Source: Azolla caroliniana | Taxonomy: Eukaryota; Plantae; Polypodiophyta | Length of the DNA stretch: 64,000 nt | Assembly (NCBI GenBank): GCA_043228905.1 | Contig: JBHGNT010000015.1 | Coordinates: forward strand, 1,736,001-1,800,000 | Reading direction: 5' to 3' | Shown here: positions 1-12,570 of the stretch, piece by piece | Numbering within the stretch: the stretch's first letter is position 1 | Layout: every line of letters starts with the position of its first letter | Position numbers and translations under genes: made by a program | Notes under the pieces: model-generated | The model's input: only the letters and a program-made list of their open reading frames with translations | Database searches by the model: none | What the model was told of the DNA's origin: nothing

Positions 1-820
1 AGACATCCTTTGATGTGCCCATTAGGCTTTCCACACAGTACATCCCAATGGTTAGTATCCCATGAGCCAAATGACTTGGTTTTCAAATTATCAAACATAT
101 ATGACAGTCAAGGCAATGTTTGTTCAACAAATTTTGGCAATAAAGTTGCTTTCCTAGCCAACATATGCAACTACAAATTAAGAATATTTACTCCTTCACG
201 CAGTCGTGGAATGCATATCTTCTCTTGTGATAGGAGTTGTACACATTTGCACGATTGCTTGGAGCACCAAAAGTTTCTTATGATTTATGAGTTCATCTTT
301 TTGTATCATGTGTTTCGGTCAATCAATCATAATTAAGTAATATTTCATGTAAGCCATGAATATAGATTGCACTATTCTCAATCTAACATGGAGGGGTCAA
401 GTTGCAATCTTCCGATAGTTTAACTTTCATCTCACTTTTTGCAAAACCCATTCAACCTTTCTTTTCCCTGTTGTATTCCAACCCAATGGATACCCAAGGT
501 GTCCAACCATTTCAGTTGGGCTAACAACTTGGGTTGGCCACAAAAGTTGATGCCAACTATATGGTGTCAAGGGTAGGAGTTTGGACTTACTGAAGTTAAC
601 ATGTACTCCAATAGTTAATACATACAATTTCAAGGCATCCATAATCACTTTCATATCACGTGAATTGTTTTGTGACATGAATGATGTATCATTTGCATAT
701 GCTTGAGCTTCAAAATCATGATTGTCTTTCATTTTCAAACCAAAACCATGAAGTTGATTGATTGATACTGGATTGTCCATGTACAATAACAATCACGGAT
801 GAGTTGCAATTGCATACTTC
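1..820 (-). mobile_element. Degenerate L1-clade LINE ORF2 (reverse transcriptase) fragment
   Basis: Minus-strand translation gives YAIATHP, AQAYANDT (YADD-like), VNFSKS and HLGYPLG, typical L1 RT domains. Stops and frameshifts are present. Confidence 0.75.
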
Positions 821-842
821 TTTGAAGACGAGCATGATTCAA

Positions 843-960
843 TATTATGGCATCACTTAGACTTGAACTCAAGACCTTGTAATACATAATAAAAAACCCA
901 ACCATTAAGATAGCCAATTGTTATATGAGATTACAAAAGTTACTATTTATAATAAGATTG
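843..960 (+). repeat. Truncated extra copy of the chromovirus LTR 5' (U3) part
   Basis: Aligns by eye with 998-1113 and 8378-8495 (shared ccttgtaatacataat..aaaacccaaccattaagatagcc). Confidence 0.75.
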
Positions 961-987
961 GTTCACAAAGTGCTTCAAATGGGGAAG

Positions 988-1428
988 TGACATGAACATT
1001 ATGGTGTCATTTAGACTTGAACTGAAAACCTTGTAATACATAATTGAAAACCCAACCATTAAGATAGCCTATTGTTATATAAGATGACAAAAATTACTTT
1101 TTATAATATATTGACTATTGCAAAAACTCTAGAACATTCTAGAACATTCTAGAATATCCTAAAACATCTTAGAATATTCTAGGTCTAGAATATTCTAGAA
1201 CATTATAGAGATCTCTAGGTTATTCTATAGGAACCTATAAATAGAGACATACAAGTATTCTCAAATCAATTCGAATCAACATCCGTCTTAAACTCTCATT
1301 GTCTATATTGTATCCATTCTCTTTCTATCTTAATACAGTCATTCTTCTCTTATTATTTCGTTCCTTTCTTCTTGTGTTCTCGTTATATCCTTCTTCCATC
1401 GCTCTATCTTTTACTCTTGGTTCTAACA
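988..1428 (+). repeat. 5' LTR
   Basis: TG...CA ends (tgacatg...ttctaaca), TATAAATA at 1236, homologous to 8361-8790. Confidence 0.9.
1127..1203 (+). promoter_or_regulatory. Heat-shock-element-like nGAAnnTTCn array in LTR U3
   Basis: ctctagaacattctagaacattctagaa... lies directly upstream of the TATA box and is repeated in the 3' LTR (~8507-8570). Confidence 0.6.
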
Positions 1429-1482
1429 ATTTGATTTGAATTTTCTCTCTCTGTTATCCTCTTCTATAAACATCAGGAAGCC

Positions 1483-2850
1483 ATGGCCGCCAACAACTCA
1501 CAAGATTATCTCACCCTTGTTGTAGAAATGGAGAATCTTAAATCCAAGTTTACATCTCTTGAATTAGAGAATCAACGTTTACTTGGAGATCTACAGAAGG
1601 TTACTATGGAGAGGCAACAACAAGAAGAAGAGTTTATGCGACGTGTTCAACAATTAGAGTCTATAATCGTAGTTTTACAACAACAAAGGGTAGAAAGTAA
1701 AGGAATTATCAAGATTCCCAAAATCAGCCTCCCAACTAAATTTGATAGATCAAGGGCGCATTTTCGAGGTTTCTTGAATCAAGTACGGTTGGTAATTCAA
1801 ATGCATCCCACGCATTATCCGACATATGCATCACGAGTCAGGTTAGTGGGCACCTTATTGACTGGCATAACATTGTTGTGGTTTGCTCCATTACTAGAGA
1901 CAAACTCTCCTCTACTGAATAACTTTGAGGAATTTATCAAAGAATTTAAGGCTTGCTTCGGAGATACAGATGGAGCAAGAACAACAATCAACAAGATTTG
2001 TACACTGCGTTGTCGCGAATTTAAGGCTTGCTTCGGAGATACAAATGGAGCAAGAACAACAATCAACAAGATTTGTACACTACGTTATAGCTCCAAGGAG
2101 AGGGAAGGTGGATGTTACATCAAGCTATTATGATAGTTGTTTCTTAGAGATTCTCCTCCGATTTTTTGCCATCACACACTATTATTCCCCTCGTTTTGTG
2201 GGATCATAAAAGTACTTATTAAACACTCCTTCCTTATACTTATTAATACTTCGATATTTACATTTGTTTGTATATTAGGCTGACTTCATGCGCATACATG
2301 CACACCCGTGTTCCCACACACTTGAAGAACCTTTATCCTAGTGGCCGGAATTCTCCACGATGGCGTCTAGGTGATCAGCCAACATCGACATATGCCGCCA
2401 ATTTTCGTCTCATTGCAAATGATATTCCTTGCCATGGGATGAACAAGCCCTAATGGAGAAATCTCGTTCTGGCCTTCGTAGTGATGTGAAAGACTTACTT
2501 CTTACCTTCCCTAAGGATCCAAAATCACTTATAGAAGCTATTAGTCAAGTAGTACGGTGTGATAATCGCCTTTTCTAGCGTCAATGTGAGCAACAACAAC
2601 AAATAACAAGATCAATATTCAAACCAACGTATGCATCAGTAATGGCGCAATCATCTCCAAGGCAAACATATAGCCCTGCCCCAACTCCAAGGCAAACATG
2701 TAGCCTAGTCCCAATGGATAGTCCTACACCCATGGAGATTGAAATGACCCAACGACGAGGACCATTGTCGGACGAAGAGAAGCAACGACGCTGAACAAAC
2801 CATCTATGCTTATATTGCGGAGGTCTCAGACATATAGCCATTCATTGCCC
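1483..2850 (+). pseudogene. Retrotransposon gag (capsid plus CCHC knuckle), disrupted
   Basis: LPTKFDRSRAHFRGFLNQVRL...LWF, RLGDQPTSTYAANFR, and knuckle CLYCGGLRHIAIHC at ~2807-2848. Interrupted by an insertion and stops. Confidence 0.88.
2086..2361. mobile_element. Short insertion in gag (possible solo LTR) with a junction-spanning tandem duplication
   Basis: Gag breaks after ...ICTLR and resumes at RLGDQP. 1942-2016 is repeated at 2017-2091. Confidence 0.55.
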
Positions 2851-3513
2851 CCAAAGGCTAAGACATCAGGTAAAGCAAATTCGCTATGACAATAAAAATA
2901 AGTCCAACATTTTAGAAACAACTAGTGATTCTAATATTATGAATAATCCACCTTTGTCCAATAAGTTTGAAGTCCTAAGGCAATTAGAAGAGGAGTCAAA
3001 CGAATAAGTCCAACCAAAATAGTAGTCGTTTGGTTGGACAACCCTAGATCTGTACAACCTAGTGTGGGTTCCATTTCTTCCAAGCATGTTAGTAAAGTCT
3101 TCTTAGCCTAAGTACAAGTTAGGACACCAAGTTGTGAACTTCAGGTTCGAGATCTCTTAGATACCATAGCCAATTCTTGTTTCATGGATAGAGATTTTGC
3201 CCAAAAACACCAAATATCCTTGCATACACTTCCTTGCCCAGTTTCGATAGTAGTGATTGATGGACATCCTATAACTTCTTGGAGATATTTGAAGAGTTTG
3301 AGGCAATGCATATACTCTCAGGTGATTTGGGATGTATAGTTTCCTTTAACATATTTTCGTAGCCCCAAGCATCCAATTGTCTTCGGTTTGCCATGGTTCG
3401 AGTTACATAACCCAAGAATTGATTGGAGGAGACACGAAATTTGGTGCCCTTCAGTAGAAAACATCATTGCCAAGGATCGAACCTAAGATTATTCTCTTAA
3501 AGAATATAGTTCT

Positions 3514-5690
3514 AACATGTTTGCGTTCACAAGTGGAAGGATCGCGCACAAATGGAAGGATAAGGAATATTCTATCTGATTTTGGGGCTTTTTTGGCCAT
3601 TTCACAAAACACCTTGATACCAATATCACATGTTCTCGAAAACTTGATAAAAAAAACTGAAAAATTCACCATTTGGTAAAATTGGAAAATGTTAAATTTT
3701 GGCTAAATACAAAAAGTAACTTTGTGTATTTTAAAGGAAAAATTACAACTAATCATTTTTTAAATCTTAAATAAATCAAAAGTGAAAGATTTCAAAGCAA
3801 TCAGCTTTTGTATATCATTGAATAAAATGTTGTCTAAATCTGTTACATATCATTGCAAAAAATATACATTCATGAGTTCTTTACATCACTGTGATCACTC
3901 CACTCCTTTCATGAGAGTCACTATTATATAACTAATATACATTTATGACTCTTCCTCCTCATTTTCAAATGTACCAAGCAAAGCATTGTCTTTATCTAAA
4001 ACCAAACGGTGTCTCCATCCCTATGTGCCTAAATCTTGTTCGCCTTCAATCTAAGACACCTTCTAGACTTGGTAATTTCACTTTTATTATTTCTATCATT
4101 GACATCCTTAAACATCCAACTTTTGTCAGTGTAAAGTCATACACAATGATTACCATCGACACAATTATTCTAAAACCAGAAATTTCAGTACAATTCGATA
4201 CAATGTAACGAATTCAGATTGCAATACAATTCGATACTCAGGTTCAAAGTGTTTTCATCACAATTCGATTCTTAGTATTGAATTCAAGTTCAAAGTTTTA
4301 TTTATTTATTTAATTTTGTTTTTTCCGGTGTCGTGAAGATTTTCGGCAATGGTGTGAAAATCGCATAAAACATATGAAATCGAGTATGAATCATATAAAA
4401 CAATAATAGTCAAAATACTATTTTAAATAAGTTTAATATCTTAGTACAAAAAGATGGAGGTCTTCAAGAGCTTTCGAATGCACTTTACTACATAAGAAAC
4501 GAACATCTAAGTCTCAAGTTATGTGGGTAGAAAGTTTGCAAAGGAAAATAGAAAGATAAAATTGTGAGATATCCCACATAGACAGGACAAATAAGGATCT
4601 CACCATATATAATGCAGAGCAAAAGCTATTATCTTTGTGTCTATATGAGGAGCACACATGTTTCGGAAACTTGGGCAGTTGTAGAAAGCCAACGTGAGAC
4701 CCAAGAGATGGACAATGGTGATACCTATGTAGGACACTCCATCTGGAGACTTGGGCAGTTGTGTTGAGAACTAATGTGGGACCCAAGAGATAGATGGTAA
4801 GAGTGATGTAAACAAAGGGAGTTTTGTACTTTATATCAAAATTAATATTAAGAAAAAAATTTGTTATCCAATTGATGTATTAATCTTGTTCTTCAAATCT
4901 TAAGTCAAGAGTAACAATCTTAATCTCTCTCAATCTAAAGTCAAGAGTTCTATCTTATTTCAATCTCTTCTTTCTCGCTAAAGCTAGTGCAACTTCGAAT
5001 CCTTCCGATCCAGAACCCCGACGGTTCTGCCTCACGATCTGCGCGTAGTGACGGATCTTCACGACACCGGAAAAAAAACTTTAAACCTTAATTTGATACT
5101 AAGTATCGAATTGTGATGAAAGCATCACAATTCAAAACATGAACTCGATACTAAGTATCAAATTGTAATGAAAACACCCTATTTCATCACAATTCAATAC
5201 TTAGTATCGAATTCAGGTTTAAAGTTTTAAAAAAAAAAAATCGAAATAAAATAAAAAACTTTTGAACCTGAATTTGATACTAAGAATAATTGTGATGAAA
5301 ACACTTTGAACCTGAGTATAAAATTGTACTAAAATCTTTGTTTTTAAAATAATTGTGTCGATGGTAATCATTGTGTATGATTTTACACTGACAAAAGTTG
5401 GATGAGCAAGTGAGTTTCATTCACATGAGGATTAAAGCCTTAACGTTTTAACCATTGTGATTTTCCTTAAGCTAACAGGATTACATTTCATATCAGTAGA
5501 CCATTCGAAATTTTAGAAATGATTATTTTGACACTTGTTATATCTCAAAAAATCAGCAAATTTTTATATGTTATTTACGACATGTGATATTGGTGTATAA
5601 ACTTTTTGAAAATTGCCTAAAATCGCAGATTATAAAATGAATCTAATAATGGAATGCACTATCCTTTCACTTCTAAACACGAACATGTTT
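3514..5690. mobile_element. Non-autonomous foldback/TIR DNA element inserted between protease and RT
   Basis: Outer imperfect TIRs (acatgtttgcgttcacaagtggaaggat vs reverse complement of atcctttcacttctaaacacgaacatgt), inner long IR 4113-4345 / 5055-5404, ttct on both flanks, no ORF. Confidence 0.75.
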
Positions 5691-7657
5691 TCTACCAATG
5701 CACCATCTCCTTTTCATCAAATTTCAACCATCACATTGCAACAATTATGCCAAGTGGGAGGAAAGGAGGAACTTTTCTTCTTTGCAGTATTAGTGACACA
5801 TTCAAGTGCCACTCAAGGGAATTCAGACATCCAAATTCCCAACAAATATCAAGAATATGCTGATGTTTTTGACAAAGTCAAAGCTAGTGTACTTCCAAAG
5901 CATGAATCGTACGACTATCCAATTGACCTCCAACTAGGAAAAGATCCATTGTGGGGTCCAATCTACAATTTGTCACCAACTGATCTTGAGGTTCTTAGAG
6001 CATACATCGAGGATAATCTTGCACATGGGTTTATTCGACATTCAAAGTATCCAGCTAGTGCTCCTACCTTTTTGTGAAGAAAAAGGACGGCTCGCTTTGT
6101 TTGGTCGTGGACTATTGAGGATTAAATAAAGTCACCATAAGAAATAGGATGCTCTACCTTTAATCTCCAGTCTTTTAGAGCGCATTGGTGGGGCAAAGCA
6201 TTTTACCAAAATTGATCTACGGGGTGCACATAATCTTGTTCGAATTCAACCGAGAGATGAGTGGAAAACTACATTTTGCAGTCGGTATGGTCATTTCGAA
6301 TATATAGTGATGCCTTTCGGGCTCACAAATGCACCCACAGTTTTTCAACATATGAAAAATGACATTTTCTAGGATTTTTTGGATATCTTTCTCATCATCT
6401 ATTTAAATGATCTGTTGATTTACTCTAAAACATAGGAGGAGCATGATATACATGTACGGAAAGTACTTGAACGTTTAAGAAAGTATAGTCTGTATGCCAA
6501 ACTTGAGAAGTGCAATTTTGATTGCAACTAGGTTGAATTCTTAGGTTATACAAATTTTTCCAAGGGTATCGTCATGGATCCAACAAAAGTCCAAACAATA
6601 TTGGAATGGCAACCCCCATGTTCTACTCGAGATGTTCAATGTTTCCTCAAATTTGCCAACTTCTATCGCAAATTCATATGGAATTATTCAAAGATTATGT
6701 TACCTCTCATCCAACTCACCAAGAAAAATCAAGCCTTTGTTTGGACTATTGAAGCGGACAAAGCCTTTACTCAAGTAAAAGAGGCATTCACACCAGCTCC
6801 TATCTTAGCTCATATTGATCCCGAAAAGCCATAATTTTACCATTGAGGCGAATGCATCAGACTTTGCATTGGGAAGTATCCTATCACAACCAAGCGAGGA
6901 TGGGCAGTCCCATCTAGTCACGTTTCACTCGAGAAAAATTACTATTGCGGAGATCAACTACGAGGTGCATGACTAGGAGTTACCAATTGTGGTTGATTCT
7001 TTCGAGCAATGGTGACATTTCTTGGAAGGATCACCTCATCGAATTATCATTTATAGAGATCACAAATATCTTACATATTTTCAAATGACTCGAGTGTTAA
7101 ATAGGAGACAAGCTCGGTGGCCACAATTCCTAACTTGTTTCGATTTCAAGATCATTTTCCGCCTAAGGAAACAACAAGGGAAAGCATATGCTCTATCTCG
7201 GCGTTCATATCTGGCACTTTGCCTTGGAGATCCAACCTTCAACAATCGAAAGCAAATTCTCCTAGGACCATCAAAGCTACAGGCAACAATAGTTTATGCC
7301 ACGACACTTGATTCAAGCCTTCTTGATACTATTCGTCAGCAACTTCACTTTGATGATTTAGCTAAGAATGTCTTAGCCCACATTGGTCCAAGCCATGCAT
7401 CTTGCTCCACATTGCAAGGGTCATCTTGACGTTATCAGGTATTCGAGTGGCAAGATGGCTTACTCTTCTACAAGAATCTCCTTTATGTCCCTGATGGATC
7501 ACCCCACTTTCAAGTGTCAGAGCACTATCACGATGCCCCTATGGCTGGACATTTTGGTGTTGCCAAGACCATGGAGCTGGTAAAGCGCTCATTTTGGTGG
7601 CCTCACTTGCAAAACTTTGTCAAAGTTTACGTTCACACATGTGACACTTGTTGTCGA

Positions 7658-7956
7658 GCCAAAATACCCAAGCATCATCCTTATGGCTTGTTACAACCAT
7701 TTCCACCTCCAAGCAAGCCATGGCAATGTATTTCTATGGATTTCATTATGGATTTGTCACCTTCAAAAGGCTTTGATACTATTTTAACAATAGTGGATAG
7801 TTTTACCAAAATACCCAAGCATCATCCTTATGGCTTGTTACAACCATTTCCACCTCCAAGCAAGCCATGGCAATCTATTTCTATGGATTTCATTATAGAT
7901 TTGTCACCTTCAAAAGGCTTTGATACTATTTTAACAATAGTGGATAGTTTTACCAA
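7658..7956 (+). repeat. In-frame 147-bp tandem duplication in integrase
   Basis: The 49-aa block KIPKHHPYG...IVDSFT occurs twice, near-identical. Confidence 0.92.
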
Positions 7957-8360
7957 GATGGCGCATTTTTTGCCATGCGTATAAAGCATCAGTAGATATC
8001 ATTATGTGTGAAGTGTTTGGACATCATGGTCTTCCAGATGATATAATTAGCAATCGTGGTCCTGAATTTATCTCTCACTTTTGGAAGCACCTATGCGTCG
8101 GTCACAAAATCTTCTCTCGAACCTGTTGACAGCCTTGAATATGAGGTAGTTGTTATTCTCGATTCTAAGATTGTACATAATAAGTTCTATTATCTGGTTG
8201 ATTGGGTAGGATATCGTCCGAGTGATCGTAGTTGGGAACCTGTCAATAATGTTTATAATGCTCAAGCCCTTGTCGATGATTTTCATGATCGCTTTCCAAA
8301 CAAACACAACCCTACATTGTTAACACTGACTTCCACTCATCATTCTCGAAGGATGGATAG

Positions 8361-8790
8361 TATCGTGAACACATGAACATCATGGCGTCATCTAGCCTTG
8401 AAATCAAGGCCTTGTAATACATAATCGAAAACCCAACCATTAAGATAGCCTATTGTTATATGAGATGATAAAAGCTACTTTTTGTAATATATTGATTGTT
8501 ATAAAAACTCTGGAACTTCTAGAACATCTTAGAATATCCTAGAACATCTTAGAATATTCTAGAACATTATAAAAATCTCTAGGTTATTCTATAAGAACCT
8601 ATAAATAGAGACATACAAGTCTTCTCAAATCAATTAGAATCAACATCCGTCTTAAGTTCTCATTGTCTATCTTGTATCCATTCTCTTTCTATCTTAATAC
8701 ACCCATTCTTCTTTTATCATTTCGTTCCTTTCTTCTTGTGTTCTCTTTATATTCCTTCCATCACTCTATCTTTTACTCTTGGTTCTGACA
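8361..8790 (+). repeat. 3' LTR
   Basis: Follows the PPT, ends ggttctgaca, homologous to 988-1428. Confidence 0.9.
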
Positions 8791-11700
8791 GCAAGAATCT
8801 CAATTGCATCCATGCAACACAACAATGGAGGGATGACTATAAGAATACTTTGGGGAATATGCTACAACAAGCCAATATATATGTATCATATACGTAGAGA
8901 ATCATTGATAATAATGCATTGTGTAGGAACATTAATTAAAGTGCATGATTTGGTAGCTTGACTTATGAATAAGTTTGACGCAAGGACACGAGGACGTGAG
9001 GAACAGATGGGATCGTGATTTGTGACAATTGAGACAATGACAATGACTATGAATTGTGTAAGACACATATTATTTCACGAATAAAAAGTTATAGGATGGA
9101 ACTAATAACATTATTAAACACAATTTACATATTGTGTTAAATGCAAAACATTATAAGCAAGGGCATATTATTTTCTCTATAGAGATTGCGAGATTGCATA
9201 CACACGTATATATGCAGACAAATTGCTAGAATTTCCAAATGTCTTCAATTTCTTATGAGAATACTACTACTCCTGGATTGAATCCAAATTTATATTGGCA
9301 TGGTGACTATCTACGTATTTGTTTCCCTCCCATATGGTCATACTTTATGCAAATAGTTTGGACGGTTAGCAAAAAGTAAAAATAGCAATGTCAAACACAA
9401 TAGACGAAACAAAGAAACTCAAGCAAACTACTATTGGAAAAGCTAAATACCAAGCACACAATACATGCTTGCTACCAACAAAAGTGAAAGAGTAGGTATG
9501 CTTATTGAATTCAATCAAGATGGTGACCATTGGAGTCGTATCATGCCAAAATCAAGTGTCAACAATGCCAATACAAATGAAGATAACATGTCATCTAATT
9601 TGGTAAAATATCAATACTTTAAAATAAAGTCAAATGCATGTCATACCATCATTGACATAATAGGACATACCAAAGGTGAAGGTTTCGTGCATAAATACAT
9701 GTTCGTACAAAACTCCATGAAGTATTAACATTGAGTTCAAATGCTTTCAGACCACGAAAAAAACAAAAGTGATTAATCTATCAATCATTTTAATACCATT
9801 TTAACCAAATATAATGTCTAGATGTGTGCCTAATGATTATTATGAAAATATTTGCTCAATGTCAACCATATTATTGCAAAACATCTTACTGAGAAAACAA
9901 TCGGTTAAACCAACATTTGTAAATTGTAAATATTCTTACCAATAAATGGCCTTTGTGATATCAAACCAATTTATACACATGTACAATGTAAGAGGTCATA
10001 CAAATGTAGAAAAAAATAGGGTGTATGCTAAAAGTCAATTTTGAAGCATTGCCATTATGCACCATATAAGAGACTTAAGATTGTTTTAGGTTATAGTGTA
10101 TAAACCTAATGGCATATTGGACAATAGGGTTGTTGGCTCATTCTAATTGGATAGTAAAGTTGTTCATTCTCCTTATATAACCAATCTTCACATTTTAGTT
10201 GGAGATCATATCACCTTCATCTTGAGAAATTGCTATTACATCAACATTTTGTCACATTGGGAGAACACTTAAAACAATGAACCAATGAATTGAAAAATAT
10301 CACCCTCAACCAAGGATTATTTCACATTGGTGCAATTTGAAGAACCACAATTAATCAATCAATACATGTTTAGAGAGGATATTGACAGACGTGTAAAATC
10401 AAGTATGAAAGAAATAATTGGATAAGACATATGAGAGCATTTCATGTCCCATTGTCATGCTGTCTCTCGAGAGAATACCAATAGCTCCTATTATACCTTT
10501 GCGTGCATTCTATCTTGAACCACATTACCTTTGCATATGCGCATATGATAAGGTAAAGCTATCACGTGACCCTTTGATGCATGGAAGCCATGAATAATGC
10601 CATAGAATGAATTACATTCTCATGCCACAATTTTAGTTCTTAAGACTCGTGAATCATATTGTGACCACGAGTTTAGATTTCGTTAATAATGAGTGGCATC
10701 AAGTCAAGTTATGTGCTCACTTAATGTGCATTATTTCTTTGAGATGTGCATAATTATGATGGTCTGAGGATGACGAGGTGGCCATCACATTATTGGAAAA
10801 TGATGTGACGAAACACTTTATGATACATAGATTATGCCCTCAATGCTTGCTCGCTGCCAATATCTTTTATATCCTCTCTATATTTTTATGCAAGGGTAAG
10901 ATCATGTGCAAACACTTGAACTATTGACCTTTACTTATGAAGTTTAGAAACTTCAACAAGCTACGTTACATGTTTGGCGGAAAGGCAAGGCTTATCAAAC
11001 TAGATGTTTGTGCTACTTGTACAAGTCACCCTCCTTTACACTCTCATATAATTGGCACGAGAAACTCCCTATAATGGGATACTTGACTTATACATACACT
11101 CTCATACAATAGAGAGAGAGTGTGTGTCTGTGTGTGTCACGCTTTATAGATGGAGCAAACAATCTCCTTTATTCACTTCCTTCTCTTATGAGTACCTTGG
11201 CTATCACTCTCTCCTTTGGCACACTCATTTGGAGCATCTTTAAGGGCATTTTGACTCCTCCAATATAGCATGTAAATGACTAGGATTGAACCTTCATTGA
11301 GTGGTGCTTGCGTTATTTTGTCTTTAGATACATATAACATTTGGAGGTTGAGGTCTATCATGGTAATGTAACATCTAGTGAGAGGAGGCATTGCTACAAC
11401 TTGAAGATTAAGGGGGTCACTATCGAAGGCTAAAAATGGAATGTGAAAGAATATATGTATAGCAAAACAACCATATATTTGGCATGATACTATGTACCAC
11501 AATAAATACTAACAAGAAACACAATCCAAATATCTGTGAGAATAATGTTGAAATCAAGCATTGTGGAGGACTCATAAATTATATAGTCAAACGAGCCTAT
11601 CATGCCGACTCATGTTCAGAACATTGTCTTAATACGAGGGAGTTAAAGTTTTAAATTTCAACAATTGAATCTCTCTATGTTGTTTCGAGAATAAGCTCGT

Positions 11701-12209
11701 AAACATCATAAGAAGGAAGCATTTTATTATATAAGAAAGCTTAGGGTGCCCCCAATGATCACATATTGGCGCATCAACATTCGAAGTTGTTATCAAATTC
11801 AATTATGAATCCATCAATAACACATTAATACATCAATGATTCAAATTCTAATAGTTCGTACACATGCCCGCATTGACATGTGCAGGGTTTTGAATATTCA
11901 ACTGTCCACAATGAGACGTCAATATCAAAATTTGCATAGCGGTTTTAGTCTTTTGCGCTCGGAATCAATCGATGGCATCCATCCATACATTGAGACACAC
12001 ACACACACACACATAGCCTACTTGTCCATGACCCAACATGCATCCCAAACCTTCCCTTGAGCTCACACCATCCGTATGCACGCCATGGATCGAGGGCGCA
12101 ACATAATTGCTTGTAAGTTGTTAGTGCGGCACCTCTATCCTTCGGGCTTATGACCCGAGCCATCTCATTGTGTGTGCTTGAACACTAAGTCAATGGGGTT
12201 CCATTAATG

Positions 12210-12570
12210 ATATGTCACCGACCATCGATACATCTCTTCCCACGTCACGCCCATCCATATATTGGTTGCCATGTCACACCCATCCATATATGTATGTATG
12301 TATGTAGTATGTATGTATATGTATTGCTTGACACATCACGCCCATCCATATATGTATTGTTTGCCACATCATGCCCATTCATATATGTATTGCTTGCTGT
12401 GTCATGGCCATCCACATAGGTACTGCTTGTCGTGTCATGGCCATGCTTGCCACGTCACACCCATATATATAGGTATTGCTTGCCACGTCATGGCCATCCA
12501 TATAGGTATTGCTTGCCACGTCACGTCCATCGATACATATACGTATTTCTTGCCACGTCACGCCCATCCC
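12210..12570 (+). repeat. Minisatellite of ~30-bp units (tattgcttgccacgtcacgcccatccatata) upstream of ABCG26
   Basis: About 10-11 degenerate copies; several retain CCACGTCA. Confidence 0.85.

Larger units (their letters stand above)
3100..8330 (+). pseudogene. pol polyprotein remnant: protease, RT, RNase H, integrase, chromodomain
   Basis: PR LLDTIANSCFMD; RT GPIYNLS..., [13 protein letters not shown]; RH ASDFALG; IN HYHDAPMAGHFG..CDTC, PWQSISMDFI; chromodomain YEVVVILDSK..YYLVDWVGY..SWEP. Many stops. Confidence 0.9.
988..8790 (+). mobile_element. Full-length but decayed Ty3/gypsy chromovirus LTR retrotransposon (Tcn1/Tf1-like)
   Basis: Paired LTRs, near-TSD ggaag/gcaag, domain order gag-PR-RT-RH-IN-chromodomain, and PPT gaaggatggatag before the 3' LTR. 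Confidence 0.93.
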
